64,000 nt of DNA from Candidatus Omnitrophota bacterium. GTDB taxonomy: Bacteria > Omnitrophota > Gorgyraeia > Zapsychrales > Fredricksoniimonadaceae. Positions 41,193-49,576 of this stretch are shown one piece after another; positions within the stretch are counted from its first letter, which is position 1; every line of letters begins with the position of its first letter. Made by a program: the position numbers and the translations under genes. The DNA is taken from positions 113,161 through 177,160 of the forward strand of contig JACQCF010000027.1 in the NCBI GenBank assembly GCA_016201795.1. Reading direction: 5' to 3'. A model generated the notes under the pieces. It was not told the origin of the DNA. It saw only the letters and a list, made by a program, of their open reading frames with translations, and did not search any database.

Positions 41193-42389
41193 ATGGACAT
41201 TTTTGGATTGACATCCATTGATACCGCTTTAGCCACCTGGGGTTTAAACAGCGCACAAAAACTCACTGTGTTTTTATTTATACAAACTCCTGCAGGTATT
41301 GCCGCTTTTGCCACAGGTTTTCTTTGGAGTCTGTGGCAGTCTGTCCAAGAAAGTAATTTTAAGTATTTCGCTGTTTTCATTTTTATTTCTTTAACGGGTA
41401 TCCTGCTTTTGATAACACCCCAACGCCCAGAACCCGCCATTAAAAGCGCCATGGAAGCGTATGGCACAAACAGTGGTATCACAGCTAAATCTCTGAAAGA
41501 TTCTCAAACCAATGAACATCGTATGCCAGTGGTGTTGTCTTTCATTGGACAAATGTTCGATGCCATGAACATAGGCGCCATTTCTATTTTTGATAGCACT
41601 TTAACTGGTAACACTCGTTTTCTGAGTAATCCCTTTGGCCTTCAAAAGATTTCTTTGCAGGCCAACTACATTGTTAATAGCTCCATTGCTGATGTGCGTC
41701 TTAAAGAAGATTTGGATGATTTTATTTATGCCCATTATCTGCCTTCTCTCATGATGTATAAGAACGACGCCAGCTCTTTAAGTGATTTTTATTCTCTTTG
41801 GCCCGGGCATACGAAGATTCTTGGCTATTATTCCTCCAACGAGCGTAGTCAATGGGACGATCTTAAAAGCCGTCTAACACGTTTGATCAATGACCCTCAA
41901 GGTCCATGGCCCAAAATTAAAAATATATTAAAACAGATGAATACTCAAAATGATAATTTAGATGACCAAATCATGGCCTCTATCATTCAAGGGCAGTCGC
42001 ATCATTCTACTGGTCGTTGGTGGCTTTATTGGACAGGGTGGGTACAAACTTTTTTCCCTTATATTTACGGCGCGGGTAATTTTTGTCTATATGCCGGATT
42101 CCCTATGTTGATGCTGGCTATGATGATTATGCGGCGTATGAGTTTATTTTTAAGATATGCTGAAATGTTTATCTGGATTAAATCTTGGGCCTTGACAGCT
42201 GCCATGAGTTATTACATTTCGCTGATGGTCGCCGGTCTGCAGGCACAGACTTCATCCCAGGCAAATTGGTTTTGGGATTATCCCTATTATGTGGTTGTCG
42301 CCAGTATTCTTTTATGTTTAATACCCATTTTAACTTTGGTAAGCATTCATTATAGTTTTCAACTGATCAACAATCATTCTTTTACCTAA
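41193..42389 (+). CDS. Polytopic membrane protein with VirB6/TrbL-like topology (tentative)
   Basis: Two N-terminal TMs, ~200-aa hydrophilic loop, 3-4 C-terminal TMs (WWLYWTGWVQTFFPYIYG...). Assigned by topology and context only, with no diagnostic motif. Confidence 0.3.
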   Translation: MDIFGLTSIDTALATWGLNSAQKLTVFLFIQTPAGIAAFATGFLWSLWQSVQESNFKYFAVFIFISLTGILLLITPQRPEPAIKSAMEAYGTNSGITAKSLKDSQTNEHRMPVVLSFIGQMFDAMNIGAISIFDSTLTGNTRFLSNPFGLQKISLQANYIVNSSIADVRLKEDLDDFIYAHYLPSLMMYKNDASSLSDFYSLWPGHTKILGYYSSNERSQWDDLKSRLTRLINDPQGPWPKIKNILKQMNTQNDNLDDQIMASIIQGQSHHSTGRWWLYWTGWVQTFFPYIYGAGNFCLYAGFPMLMLAMMIMRRMSLFLRYAEMFIWIKSWALTAAMSYYISLMVAGLQAQTSSQANWFWDYPYYVVVASILLCLIPILTLVSIHYSFQLINNHSFT

Positions 42390-42399
42390 GGAGGAGGGT

Positions 42400-42678
42400 A
42401 TGTTTAAAAAGAAAGTATTCAACATCATAGTTAGTACAGGATTGTTCTGGTTAATCAAAATATCTAATGTTTGGGCGGATGACCCCATGGCTACAACTAC
42501 TGATTTCTCAACAAAGATGATAGATATTATTAAAGGTCCTGTTTTAAAATTATCAGCCGCAGTTGTACTTTTGGTGGGCGCCGTTGGACTGTTGCGCGGT
42601 CGTCATAGGCTAGCCATTTCTTGCGGTTTGGCTTTCTTGCTTCTTTTATTTTTACCCATTTTATTAAGTCATGTTTAA
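42400..42678 (+). CDS. VirB2/TrbC/TraA-like conjugative pilin
   Basis: 92 aa: signal peptide (..ISNVWA), then two hydrophobic helices separated by the basic RGRHR turn, which is the hallmark architecture of T4SS pilins; strong AGGAGG SD. Confidence 0.5.
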   Translation: MFKKKVFNIIVSTGLFWLIKISNVWADDPMATTTDFSTKMIDIIKGPVLKLSAAVVLLVGAVGLLRGRHRLAISCGLAFLLLLFLPILLSHV

Positions 42679-42692
42679 GGAAAGAATTCATT

Positions 42693-43007
42693 ATGAATCG
42701 AAAATGTCCACGTACCCTGGATAAACCGCTTCTATTGTTTGGACTAGAGGGGGAGGATGTTGCCCTATTAGCGCTAGTAGGGGGAGTAGGCAGTATTCTT
42801 TTTGGTCCTATTATTCCAGGGACATGCGCCATTGTCGGCTGGATTGTCTTAATGCAGTTTAAAAAGGATAAACCATCAGGGTATTTATTACACTGGCTTT
42901 ACGCCCAAGGGATTGATTTCCCTGGACTTATTCCACCCATCAAAAAAGTTGAGCGATACGGTATTTATGGAACAACCCCTTATGTCAAAAAATTCGCCGT
43001 TTGTTGA
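42693..43007 (+). CDS. TraL-like (F-type) / VirB3-class small T4SS membrane protein
   Basis: ~104 aa; P.TLD...L.FGLEGED...ALVGG hydrophobic core and downstream WLY motif resemble the TraL family; RBS AAGGAAAG. Confidence 0.45.
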   Translation: MNRKCPRTLDKPLLLFGLEGEDVALLALVGGVGSILFGPIIPGTCAIVGWIVLMQFKKDKPSGYLLHWLYAQGIDFPGLIPPIKKVERYGIYGTTPYVKKFAVC

Positions 43008-43572
43008 ACGATGGTCGAGGGCAGAGGTTGTTAATGCCAAATTAGGAGTCACGCTCATGGTTATAGGATTGATATGTCTGAGCCTAACGACCACCTTAAT
43101 CTATATCATCACCAAAGCACAGCCAATTTACTATGTACCGGGCGCCTCGTCTGCAGGTATAGCTTATGCTCAAACCACCTCTAAAACGACTGTAGCGATT
43201 TTCACCTCTTCCTGGGTATTGAACTGGTCGAATTTCACCCCTGCCACCGTCGAGGATGTGTACAAACATGCCGAACGGTTCATGTCTCCGCATTTATTAG
43301 CCCAAACAAGGACAAGGCTCAAAAAAGACCTTGAGCAGGTTAAAAATAACCATATGTCTTCCTTATTTTCTTTAAATCAGGAGCCTTTGGTGCAGGAAGA
43401 TCAACAGGGGTTTAATGTCACCATCCAGGGAGATAAAGGCATTTATATGGGCAAAGAAGAGATTAAGCTGCAAAAAATGATTTATCACCTACATTTAAGG
43501 TTATCGCCAGCAACGGATTGGAACCCGTATGGCTTGATTATTGAGGATATTTCTCAGGAGGTGGTGGGATGA
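42982..43572 (+). CDS. TraE / VirB8-like bitopic protein
   Basis: Short cytoplasmic N-terminus, one TM (LGVTLMVIGLICLSLTTTLIYII) and ~150-aa periplasmic domain; position after TraL-like matches the F-type order. Start uncertain because it overlaps the TraL-like 3' end. Confidence 0.4.
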   Translation: MSKNSPFVERWSRAEVVNAKLGVTLMVIGLICLSLTTTLIYIITKAQPIYYVPGASSAGIAYAQTTSKTTVAIFTSSWVLNWSNFTPATVEDVYKHAERFMSPHLLAQTRTRLKKDLEQVKNNHMSSLFSLNQEPLVQEDQQGFNVTIQGDKGIYMGKEEIKLQKMIYHLHLRLSPATDWNPYGLIIEDISQEVVG

Positions 43573-44252
43573 AAAGGATCATTTTTCTTATATTACTGTT
43601 AGCAGGGCTTTCTTCATGCGTTTTGCCAGCTAGCGCTTCTAATTTCAAGGACCAGGGTAAGCCAATAGATATTCAAGTGGAAGTGGGCAAAGTTACGGAA
43701 GTGGTTTTTCCAGCCAAGGTGGCTAAGGTGGTTAAAGGCGGGGCTGTCGATTCGGTGCTTGTCGAGGTGTTGGATAATTCTGTTTATATGTTGCCCAAAA
43801 CAGATGACCCCTCGGACATTTTTGTGATGACGACTTCGGGCAACAGCTACCCGTTAAATCTTCATATCAGTAGGGAACACGATATTAAAGTGCAGATAGG
43901 ATCTTTCAATCATCAGCCTAAGTTTTCTGCAGGTGTTTATGGGGATGTGATGGATTTGATGAAAGATTTACTTTTACAGAAAGAGCCGGCAGGGGCTACC
44001 GCTTTGCCGGGGGGCAATCAGGTGCTTTTGGCTAATCGACAAATTCAATTAAAAGTTGATAAGGCTTATGAGCTGGCAGGTTGGAAAGCCTATGTGTTAA
44101 CTGCTCGGAATCTTATGAACAATGCCGTCATTATTCCTATTGAACAAATGACGTTGCCTAATCTTTTGGCGGTTAGTTCTGATCAAGATATGTTAGCCGC
44201 CAAAGGCCAGCAGGGCGACGCCGCCAAAGTGTATGTGATTATGAGTAAATAA
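43569..44252 (+). CDS. TraK / VirB9-like secretin-N-domain protein
   Basis: Signal/lipobox LLLLAGLSSC; beta-rich N-domain with a DIFVMTTSGNSYPLNL-type strand pattern as in the VirB9/TraK/CagX N-terminus. Confidence 0.5.
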   Translation: MKRIIFLILLLAGLSSCVLPASASNFKDQGKPIDIQVEVGKVTEVVFPAKVAKVVKGGAVDSVLVEVLDNSVYMLPKTDDPSDIFVMTTSGNSYPLNLHISREHDIKVQIGSFNHQPKFSAGVYGDVMDLMKDLLLQKEPAGATALPGGNQVLLANRQIQLKVDKAYELAGWKAYVLTARNLMNNAVIIPIEQMTLPNLLAVSSDQDMLAAKGQQGDAAKVYVIMSK

Positions 44253-44253
44253 A

Positions 44254-45384
44254 ATGAATTTACAACCATTGCAAGATTTTATTAAGAAACAGCCTTTGGT
44301 CGTTGGGATAGGAGGCTTATTAGTTTTAGCGGTATTAGGATTATGGATGATGCATCAACCATTTAAGAAAGCTTCTTCAATAGCATCCGGGGCCAATGCT
44401 TCTAAAGATATTGGAATTTCCATCGGTGGAGCGGATCAACAGGCGTACATGGCCCGTCTGGAAAAAAATTATTATGACTTTGAAGAGCGGGTTAAAGATG
44501 TGGAAACTCAGCTCAAGAGTATGCAATCCACGGCGCAAGAGCTTAAAAATTCTCAAAAGGATATTGCGCAGACGGTTCTTAAACTGGATCAGGGTTTAGG
44601 AGTCAAGATGGACCAGCACCTTGAGGAATTCAAAACCAGCTTGGAGTCTGCTCAAAACAATGCTCCAGAGGAGTCTCCAGAGAAGGATGTGGAGTTATCG
44701 GTGGCAGATATCAATCCAACAGCCCAGGAGGATTGGGTGTATTTGCCCATCGGCAGTTTTTGCCAGGGAACTTTACTGACCGGCGTATATGCGGCGGCGG
44801 ATGCCAGTAATCCTTTACCGGTTTTAATTTCCTTAGATGAGGCTTTTTACGGGCCTAATAAAACCCGCATTCCACTTAAAGGGGCATTTGTGTTAGGTAA
44901 AGCCTACGGTGATTTAACCTCTCAGAGGGCGCTTATGCAAATTGTGGCCGTATCCGCTGTTTTACCCAACGGCCATGCGTTTGAAAATGAGCAGGATTTA
45001 GGCTATGTCACCGATGAGTTTGGGGAGCTTGGTATCAAAGGTCAGGTGGTTTATAACACGGGCCGCCAGCTGGCGATTTCTTTGTTGGGGGGATTTGTCT
45101 CTGGAGGGTCTCAGGCTGTTGCGGACAGTCAGGTGACCACGCATAAAACTTTGCAGGGAGATACGAGTAAAGACGTGACGGGTAGTCCCTCTAAAAATTT
45201 ACTGTTTTCAGGGCTGGCTCAAAGCGCGGGTAAGTTAGCCGAATTTTATCAAAAACAGGCTGAGGACCTGGTGCCTGCGGTGCATATTAAAAACGGTGCT
45301 AAAGTATTTTTCATTGTCCAAAAAGGAGTGACGATCAATGGGTTGGCTAAGAGCAATTTTAATCATCAGCGTTTTATGGATTAA
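44254..45384 (+). CDS. TraB / VirB10 (TrbI domain) protein
   Basis: 376 aa; N-terminal TM, coiled-coil linker, C-terminal TrbI-like domain (LPIGSFCQGTLLTGV...PVLISLDEAFYGPNKTRIPLKGAFVLGKAYGDLTSQRALMQI...LPNGHAF). Confidence 0.7.
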   Translation: MNLQPLQDFIKKQPLVVGIGGLLVLAVLGLWMMHQPFKKASSIASGANASKDIGISIGGADQQAYMARLEKNYYDFEERVKDVETQLKSMQSTAQELKNSQKDIAQTVLKLDQGLGVKMDQHLEEFKTSLESAQNNAPEESPEKDVELSVADINPTAQEDWVYLPIGSFCQGTLLTGVYAAADASNPLPVLISLDEAFYGPNKTRIPLKGAFVLGKAYGDLTSQRALMQIVAVSAVLPNGHAFENEQDLGYVTDEFGELGIKGQVVYNTGRQLAISLLGGFVSGGSQAVADSQVTTHKTLQGDTSKDVTGSPSKNLLFSGLAQSAGKLAEFYQKQAEDLVPAVHIKNGAKVFFIVQKGVTINGLAKSNFNHQRFMD

Positions 45385-45760
45385 CGGTTGCACTTCCAGT
45401 AAGGCCGTTCAAAAAAATAAAGTACAGCCTCTAACGATGATGGACATTTACGCCCAAAGCGCGGGGCAAGCGCAAAAAGACGTAACTAAGTTTATCGAAA
45501 ATAATCTTAAAGAAGAAAAAACCTTTGGGTATGTCAAACCTTATATACCTGTGATGAATGATCCGGTGGTACGCAAGGTGTGGATTCCCGATCATAAATC
45601 TGAAGATAATCCCGATGTGATGATCGCCGGCCACTGGAGCTATGTGATGATTCAACCGCCCACGTGGTTTATCGATGGAAAAACCGTTGAAGCTCAATTA
45701 CCGGTGATTGTTCCTTCAGAATCCTCTATCCACAGCCAATCGCAGAAGCCAAACCATTAG
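45338..45760 (+). CDS. TraV-like / VirB7-class lipoprotein (tentative)
   Basis: 140 aa; lipoprotein-type signal LWINGC. Position directly after the VirB10-like gene matches F-type TraV; overlaps the TraB-like 3' end by 47 nt. Confidence 0.35.
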   Translation: MGWLRAILIISVLWINGCTSSKAVQKNKVQPLTMMDIYAQSAGQAQKDVTKFIENNLKEEKTFGYVKPYIPVMNDPVVRKVWIPDHKSEDNPDVMIAGHWSYVMIQPPTWFIDGKTVEAQLPVIVPSESSIHSQSQKPNH

Positions 45761-45951
45761 GTGTACCGCAAATGATAGATTCTCTGACCATCGTTGAAAT
45801 TCTTCCTAAATAGTTTATAATTAATACCAATACTTGTTGGTAGTAAACCCCCTTGGCGGGAATTGAAAAAATCGATATACATTCTGGTAATATTTTGTAT
45901 AATCAATTTTCAATTTTTTTATCGAGAAAATAATTGTAGAAGGTAAAATCA

Positions 45952-46024
45952 GGGACATTAGCTCATCCGGTAGAGCATCTGACTCTTAATCAGAGGGTGG
46001 CTGGTTCGAGTCCAGCATGTCCCA
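45952..46024 (+). tRNA. tRNA-Lys (anticodon CTT)
   Basis: 73-nt cloverleaf folded by hand: acceptor GGGACAT/ATGTCCC, D-arm GCTC..GAGC, anticodon stem TCTGA/TCAGA with loop CTCTTAA, T-arm GCTGG-TTCGAGT-CCAGC; CCA not encoded. Confidence 0.85.
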
Positions 46025-46050
46025 TATTACAATCGTTGAGGATTCTTAGC

Positions 46051-46872
46051 GTGCTAAAACAATCTCTTGATCTTAAAAAGTTAGCTGCCTTAGCTCCTCA
46101 ATTCCGTCGGGAAATCCTGGAAACTTTAGAAATAGCAGGTTCCGGTCATCCGGGCGGGTCTTTGTCCGGGGTTGAGATCATGTTGGCGTTATATGGCCAT
46201 GCCATGCGCTATGATCCTAAGAATCCTGGTTGGGAAGAGCGTGACCGTTTGATTGTCTCCAAAGGCCATGCAACACCTCTGGTCTATGTGACCCTGAGCA
46301 ATTTCGGCTATTTTCCCAAAGAAGAATTAAAGACCTTCCGTAAATTCGGCTCCCGCTTGCAAGGTCATGTGCATACTAAAGCCCCCGGAGTTGAATTTAA
46401 TACCGGCTCTTTGGGACACGGGCTTTCCTTTGCCAATGGCGTGGCTTTAGGCGCGAAAATACGCGGCAAAAATTTTAAAGTGTATTGTCTTTTGGGCGAC
46501 GGGGAAAATCAGGAGGGGTCGGTGTGGGAAGCGGCCATGAGCGCGGCGCATCATAAATTAGATAATCTCTGCGCGATTATCGACTATAATAAGGTGCAGG
46601 AAAATGGGCCGACGAATGAAATTAAAAATCTAGAGCCGCTGGCTAAAAAATGGGAAAGCTTTGGCTGGCATGTGTTTGAGGTAGATGGTCATAATATCAA
46701 AGAACTGGTTAGCGCCTTTGATGAATTAAAAAACATTCAAGGTAAACCCACGGTGATCATTGCACATACGGTTAAAGGCAAAGGCGTTTCTTTTATGGAA
46801 GGCAAAAGCAACTGGCATGGCAAGGCGCCCAATAAAGAACAGTTGGCTCAGGCTTTGGCGGAGTTAAAATAA
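46051..46872 (+). CDS. Transketolase, N-terminal (TPP pyrophosphate-binding) subunit
   Basis: GSGHPGGSLS and GDGE.QEG motifs; GTG start chosen downstream of the tRNA (in-frame TTG at 46036 is also possible); the track ORF start overlaps the tRNA and is rejected. Confidence 0.8.
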   Translation: MLKQSLDLKKLAALAPQFRREILETLEIAGSGHPGGSLSGVEIMLALYGHAMRYDPKNPGWEERDRLIVSKGHATPLVYVTLSNFGYFPKEELKTFRKFGSRLQGHVHTKAPGVEFNTGSLGHGLSFANGVALGAKIRGKNFKVYCLLGDGENQEGSVWEAAMSAAHHKLDNLCAIIDYNKVQENGPTNEIKNLEPLAKKWESFGWHVFEVDGHNIKELVSAFDELKNIQGKPTVIIAHTVKGKGVSFMEGKSNWHGKAPNKEQLAQALAELK

Positions 46873-47820
46873 ATGGAATTAAAACCTATTCCAACCCGTG
46901 ATGGTTTTGGTGAAGAGCTGGTGGCTTTAGGGAAAACCAACCCTGATATAGTGGTGCTTTCCGGCGACCTGGAAGATGCCACCCGCACGGAACATTTCAA
47001 AAAAGAATTCCCGGAGCGATTTTTTAATTTAGGAATCGCCGAGCAAGATGTGATTGGAACCGCCGCGGGCTTAAGCACTCAAGGCTTTATACCATTTGCC
47101 ACTTCTTTTGCCGTATTTATGACCAACCGTGCCTATGACATGATCCGTTTGGATATATGTTATAACAACACCAACGTTAAACTGGTCTGTTCCCACGGCG
47201 GGGTTACCGTTGGGGAAGACGGAGCCAGTGCCCAATGTTTGGAAGATTTTGCCATCATGCGCGTGTTACCGAATATGAGAGTGATTTGTCCCATGGATTA
47301 TTTGGAAGCCAAAAAAGCCACCCGCGCCATCACCAATACCACGGGTCCTTTTTATATGCGCACCTCCCGTGCGCCGCTGCCGGTGTTGACCAAAGAAAGC
47401 GATCCGTTTGAAATCGGCAAAGCCAATGTGATGCGTAAAGGCACAGATGCGACCGTCATTGCCTGTGGGGTGATGGTTGCAGAAGCACTTGCAGCCGCCG
47501 AAAAATTAAAAACCGAAGGCATTGAACTTAAAGTGGTCAATATGCATACGATTAAACCCATTGATGTGCGGGCCATTATGGATTCCGTCAAGGAAACCGG
47601 TGCTATTGTGACTGCCGAAGAACATCAGATTTATGGCGGTTTGGGTTCAGCAGTAGCAGAGGTAGTGGCGCAGCATTATCCGTGCCCGCTGGAAATGGTG
47701 GCAGTCAAAGATAGTTTTGGCGAAAGCGGCACCCCGGCACAATTGCTGGCGCATTACGGCCTTAAAGATGTTAATATTATAGAAGCTGTTAAAAAAGTTG
47801 TAAAAAGAAAGCATGCCTAA
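46873..47820 (+). CDS. Transketolase, C-terminal (pyrimidine-binding) subunit
   Basis: 315 aa; begins 1 nt after the N-terminal subunit stop; split two-gene transketolase. Confidence 0.85.
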   Translation: MELKPIPTRDGFGEELVALGKTNPDIVVLSGDLEDATRTEHFKKEFPERFFNLGIAEQDVIGTAAGLSTQGFIPFATSFAVFMTNRAYDMIRLDICYNNTNVKLVCSHGGVTVGEDGASAQCLEDFAIMRVLPNMRVICPMDYLEAKKATRAITNTTGPFYMRTSRAPLPVLTKESDPFEIGKANVMRKGTDATVIACGVMVAEALAAAEKLKTEGIELKVVNMHTIKPIDVRAIMDSVKETGAIVTAEEHQIYGGLGSAVAEVVAQHYPCPLEMVAVKDSFGESGTPAQLLAHYGLKDVNIIEAVKKVVKRKHA

Positions 47821-48916
47821 AACTGTTTTGCATGAATTAGCCAATTTAGGTCAAAGCCTTTGGCTGGATAATATCAGCCGGTCCATGATTACCCGCGGCC
47901 AGTTAAAAGGGTTAATTGACCAGGGACTTCGCGGGCAGACATCGAATCCTACCATTTTTAAACAAGCCATTTCATCCAGTAGCGATTATGACCAAAAAAT
48001 TTTGGAACTGACCGAATCTGGCCGCTCAACATTTGAGATTTATGATGAACTGACCATTAAAGATGTGCAGGATGCGGCGGATCTATTCCAAGGAGTGTAT
48101 GAACACACCAAAGGTCTTGACGGTTATGTGAGTCTGGAAATCAATCCCCAACTCGGCCATGAGCTGCAGGAGCAGTTTAGCGAAGGGTTACGTCTTTGGA
48201 AAAAAGTCAACCGTCCCAATGTGATGATTAAAGTGCCAGGCACCAAAAATGGCTTGAGTGTCGTTGAACGTTTGATCGCTCAAGGTGTCAACGTGAATGT
48301 GACGTTGGTTTTTTCCGCTGAGCAATACCAGCAGGTGGCTTGGGCGTATATGAAAGGCTTAGGCCATTTGAGCGAAAATGGTGGGGATTTAAGCAAGGTT
48401 AGGTCGGTCGCCAGCATTTTTGTCAGCCGCATTGATACAGCCGTTGACAAATGGCTTGATGAGCACAATAAGAAGGATTTAAGAGGGCAGGCGGCGATCG
48501 CTAATTCTCAAATTATTTATCATAAGTTTCAACAGGTATTTGCCTCTTCTGATTTTAAACTTTTGCAGGCCAAGGGCGCCCATGCGCAAAGGGTGCTGTG
48601 GGCGTCCACAGGCACCAAAGATCCTCAATACAGCGATATTAAGTATGTGACGGAATTGATAGCCCAAGATACCGTCAATACGTTGCCGGATAAAACATTG
48701 CAGGCCGTGTTGGATCACGGGATCGCCAAGCTAGCTTTACCGGGGGATATCGCCGGCGCTCAGCAAATGATCAATCGTTTGCGTGAAGCAGGTATAGACA
48801 TTGGGATTGTCTGCAACAAACTTTTGGAAGACGGCCTTGGGGCATTTAAAAAATCTTTTGAAGAGCTGATGGTTTCTGTTGAAGATAAATCCAAAAAGCT
48901 TTGCGCAAAATTTTGA
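47813..48916 (+). CDS. tal: Transaldolase
   Basis: 367 aa; LWLDNISR N-terminus and TSNPTIF motif. Confidence 0.85.
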   Translation: MPKTVLHELANLGQSLWLDNISRSMITRGQLKGLIDQGLRGQTSNPTIFKQAISSSSDYDQKILELTESGRSTFEIYDELTIKDVQDAADLFQGVYEHTKGLDGYVSLEINPQLGHELQEQFSEGLRLWKKVNRPNVMIKVPGTKNGLSVVERLIAQGVNVNVTLVFSAEQYQQVAWAYMKGLGHLSENGGDLSKVRSVASIFVSRIDTAVDKWLDEHNKKDLRGQAAIANSQIIYHKFQQVFASSDFKLLQAKGAHAQRVLWASTGTKDPQYSDIKYVTELIAQDTVNTLPDKTLQAVLDHGIAKLALPGDIAGAQQMINRLREAGIDIGIVCNKLLEDGLGAFKKSFEELMVSVEDKSKKLCAKF

Positions 48917-48968
48917 TTGTATTTTTCTAGAATTTACTGGTATTATTAAGCCTTTGGTTGGGATATTG

Positions 48969-49163
48969 ATGCTTGCCTATGAACGTTTTTCTCGATTTTT
49001 GTTTGGTATGCTTTTAATAGGATCATATTTTACTAGGTGGGGCCAATGGATAGCATTAAGTTTAGGTATTTTATTGTTGGCTTCATCCTTGCACGGAGTG
49101 TGTATCAGCTGTAAGTGTAAGCAATTTTTAAAAACTATTAACCCCAACAAGGAGGAGAAGTAA
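48969..49163 (+). CDS. DUF2892 (YgaP-like) small membrane protein
   Basis: ERFSRFLFGMLLIG...LHGVCISCKC matches DUF2892 pattern; start moved to the ATG downstream of the transaldolase stop. Confidence 0.35.
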   Translation: MLAYERFSRFLFGMLLIGSYFTRWGQWIALSLGILLLASSLHGVCISCKCKQFLKTINPNKEEK

Positions 49164-49402
49164 TGAACAGGACATTAGCAGTATTCTTAACAGCAGTTTT
49201 AGGATTCGGTGTGGCCACCTTTGTATTTGCTCAGGAAGCCATCAAAGCTAATCAGACCAAAGAGGAAGTAAAGAATACGGAAACGATTAACAATGAGGAA
49301 ACAAACACCGAAACTAATAGCATGACCGATACCGTAACCAATGCCGTAACGAATCAAGAAGCAGCTCCCGCTATACCAGCTACCGGTACAAATAAGTGGT
49401 AA
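49163..49402 (+). CDS. Small secreted low-complexity (T/N/E-rich) protein
   Basis: 79 aa; signal peptide MNRTLAVFLTAVLGFGVATFVFAQ; strong AAGGAGGAG SD; followed by an intrinsic terminator. Confidence 0.4.
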   Translation: MNRTLAVFLTAVLGFGVATFVFAQEAIKANQTKEEVKNTETINNEETNTETNSMTDTVTNAVTNQEAAPAIPATGTNKW

Positions 49403-49495
49403 GTCATTGACCCTTCGGGGAGTTTTCCTCCTCGGGATCATCCTGAGTGAACTCGTAGAGCGAATCGAAGGATCTCTTGCGGTTTGGGAAAATAA

Positions 49496-49526
49496 GAACC
49501 CCGTCTTTAAGGCGGGGTTCTTTTTT
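49496..49526 (+). terminator. Rho-independent terminator
   Basis: 10-bp GC-rich stem GAACCCCGTC / GGCGGGGTTC with TTTAA loop followed by TTTTTT. Confidence 0.75.
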
Positions 49527-49576
49527 ATTAGGAATTTTCTGGAAGGGGCAGGGAGGATATATTAAACTACTCGTAT

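Noticed and set aside
45997-46050. 5' extension of the transketolase ORF (track start 45997) overlapping the tRNA-Lys gene
   Set aside because: This is in-frame read-through of the tRNA. A GTG (46051) or TTG (46036) start downstream of the tRNA gives a normal transketolase N-terminus.
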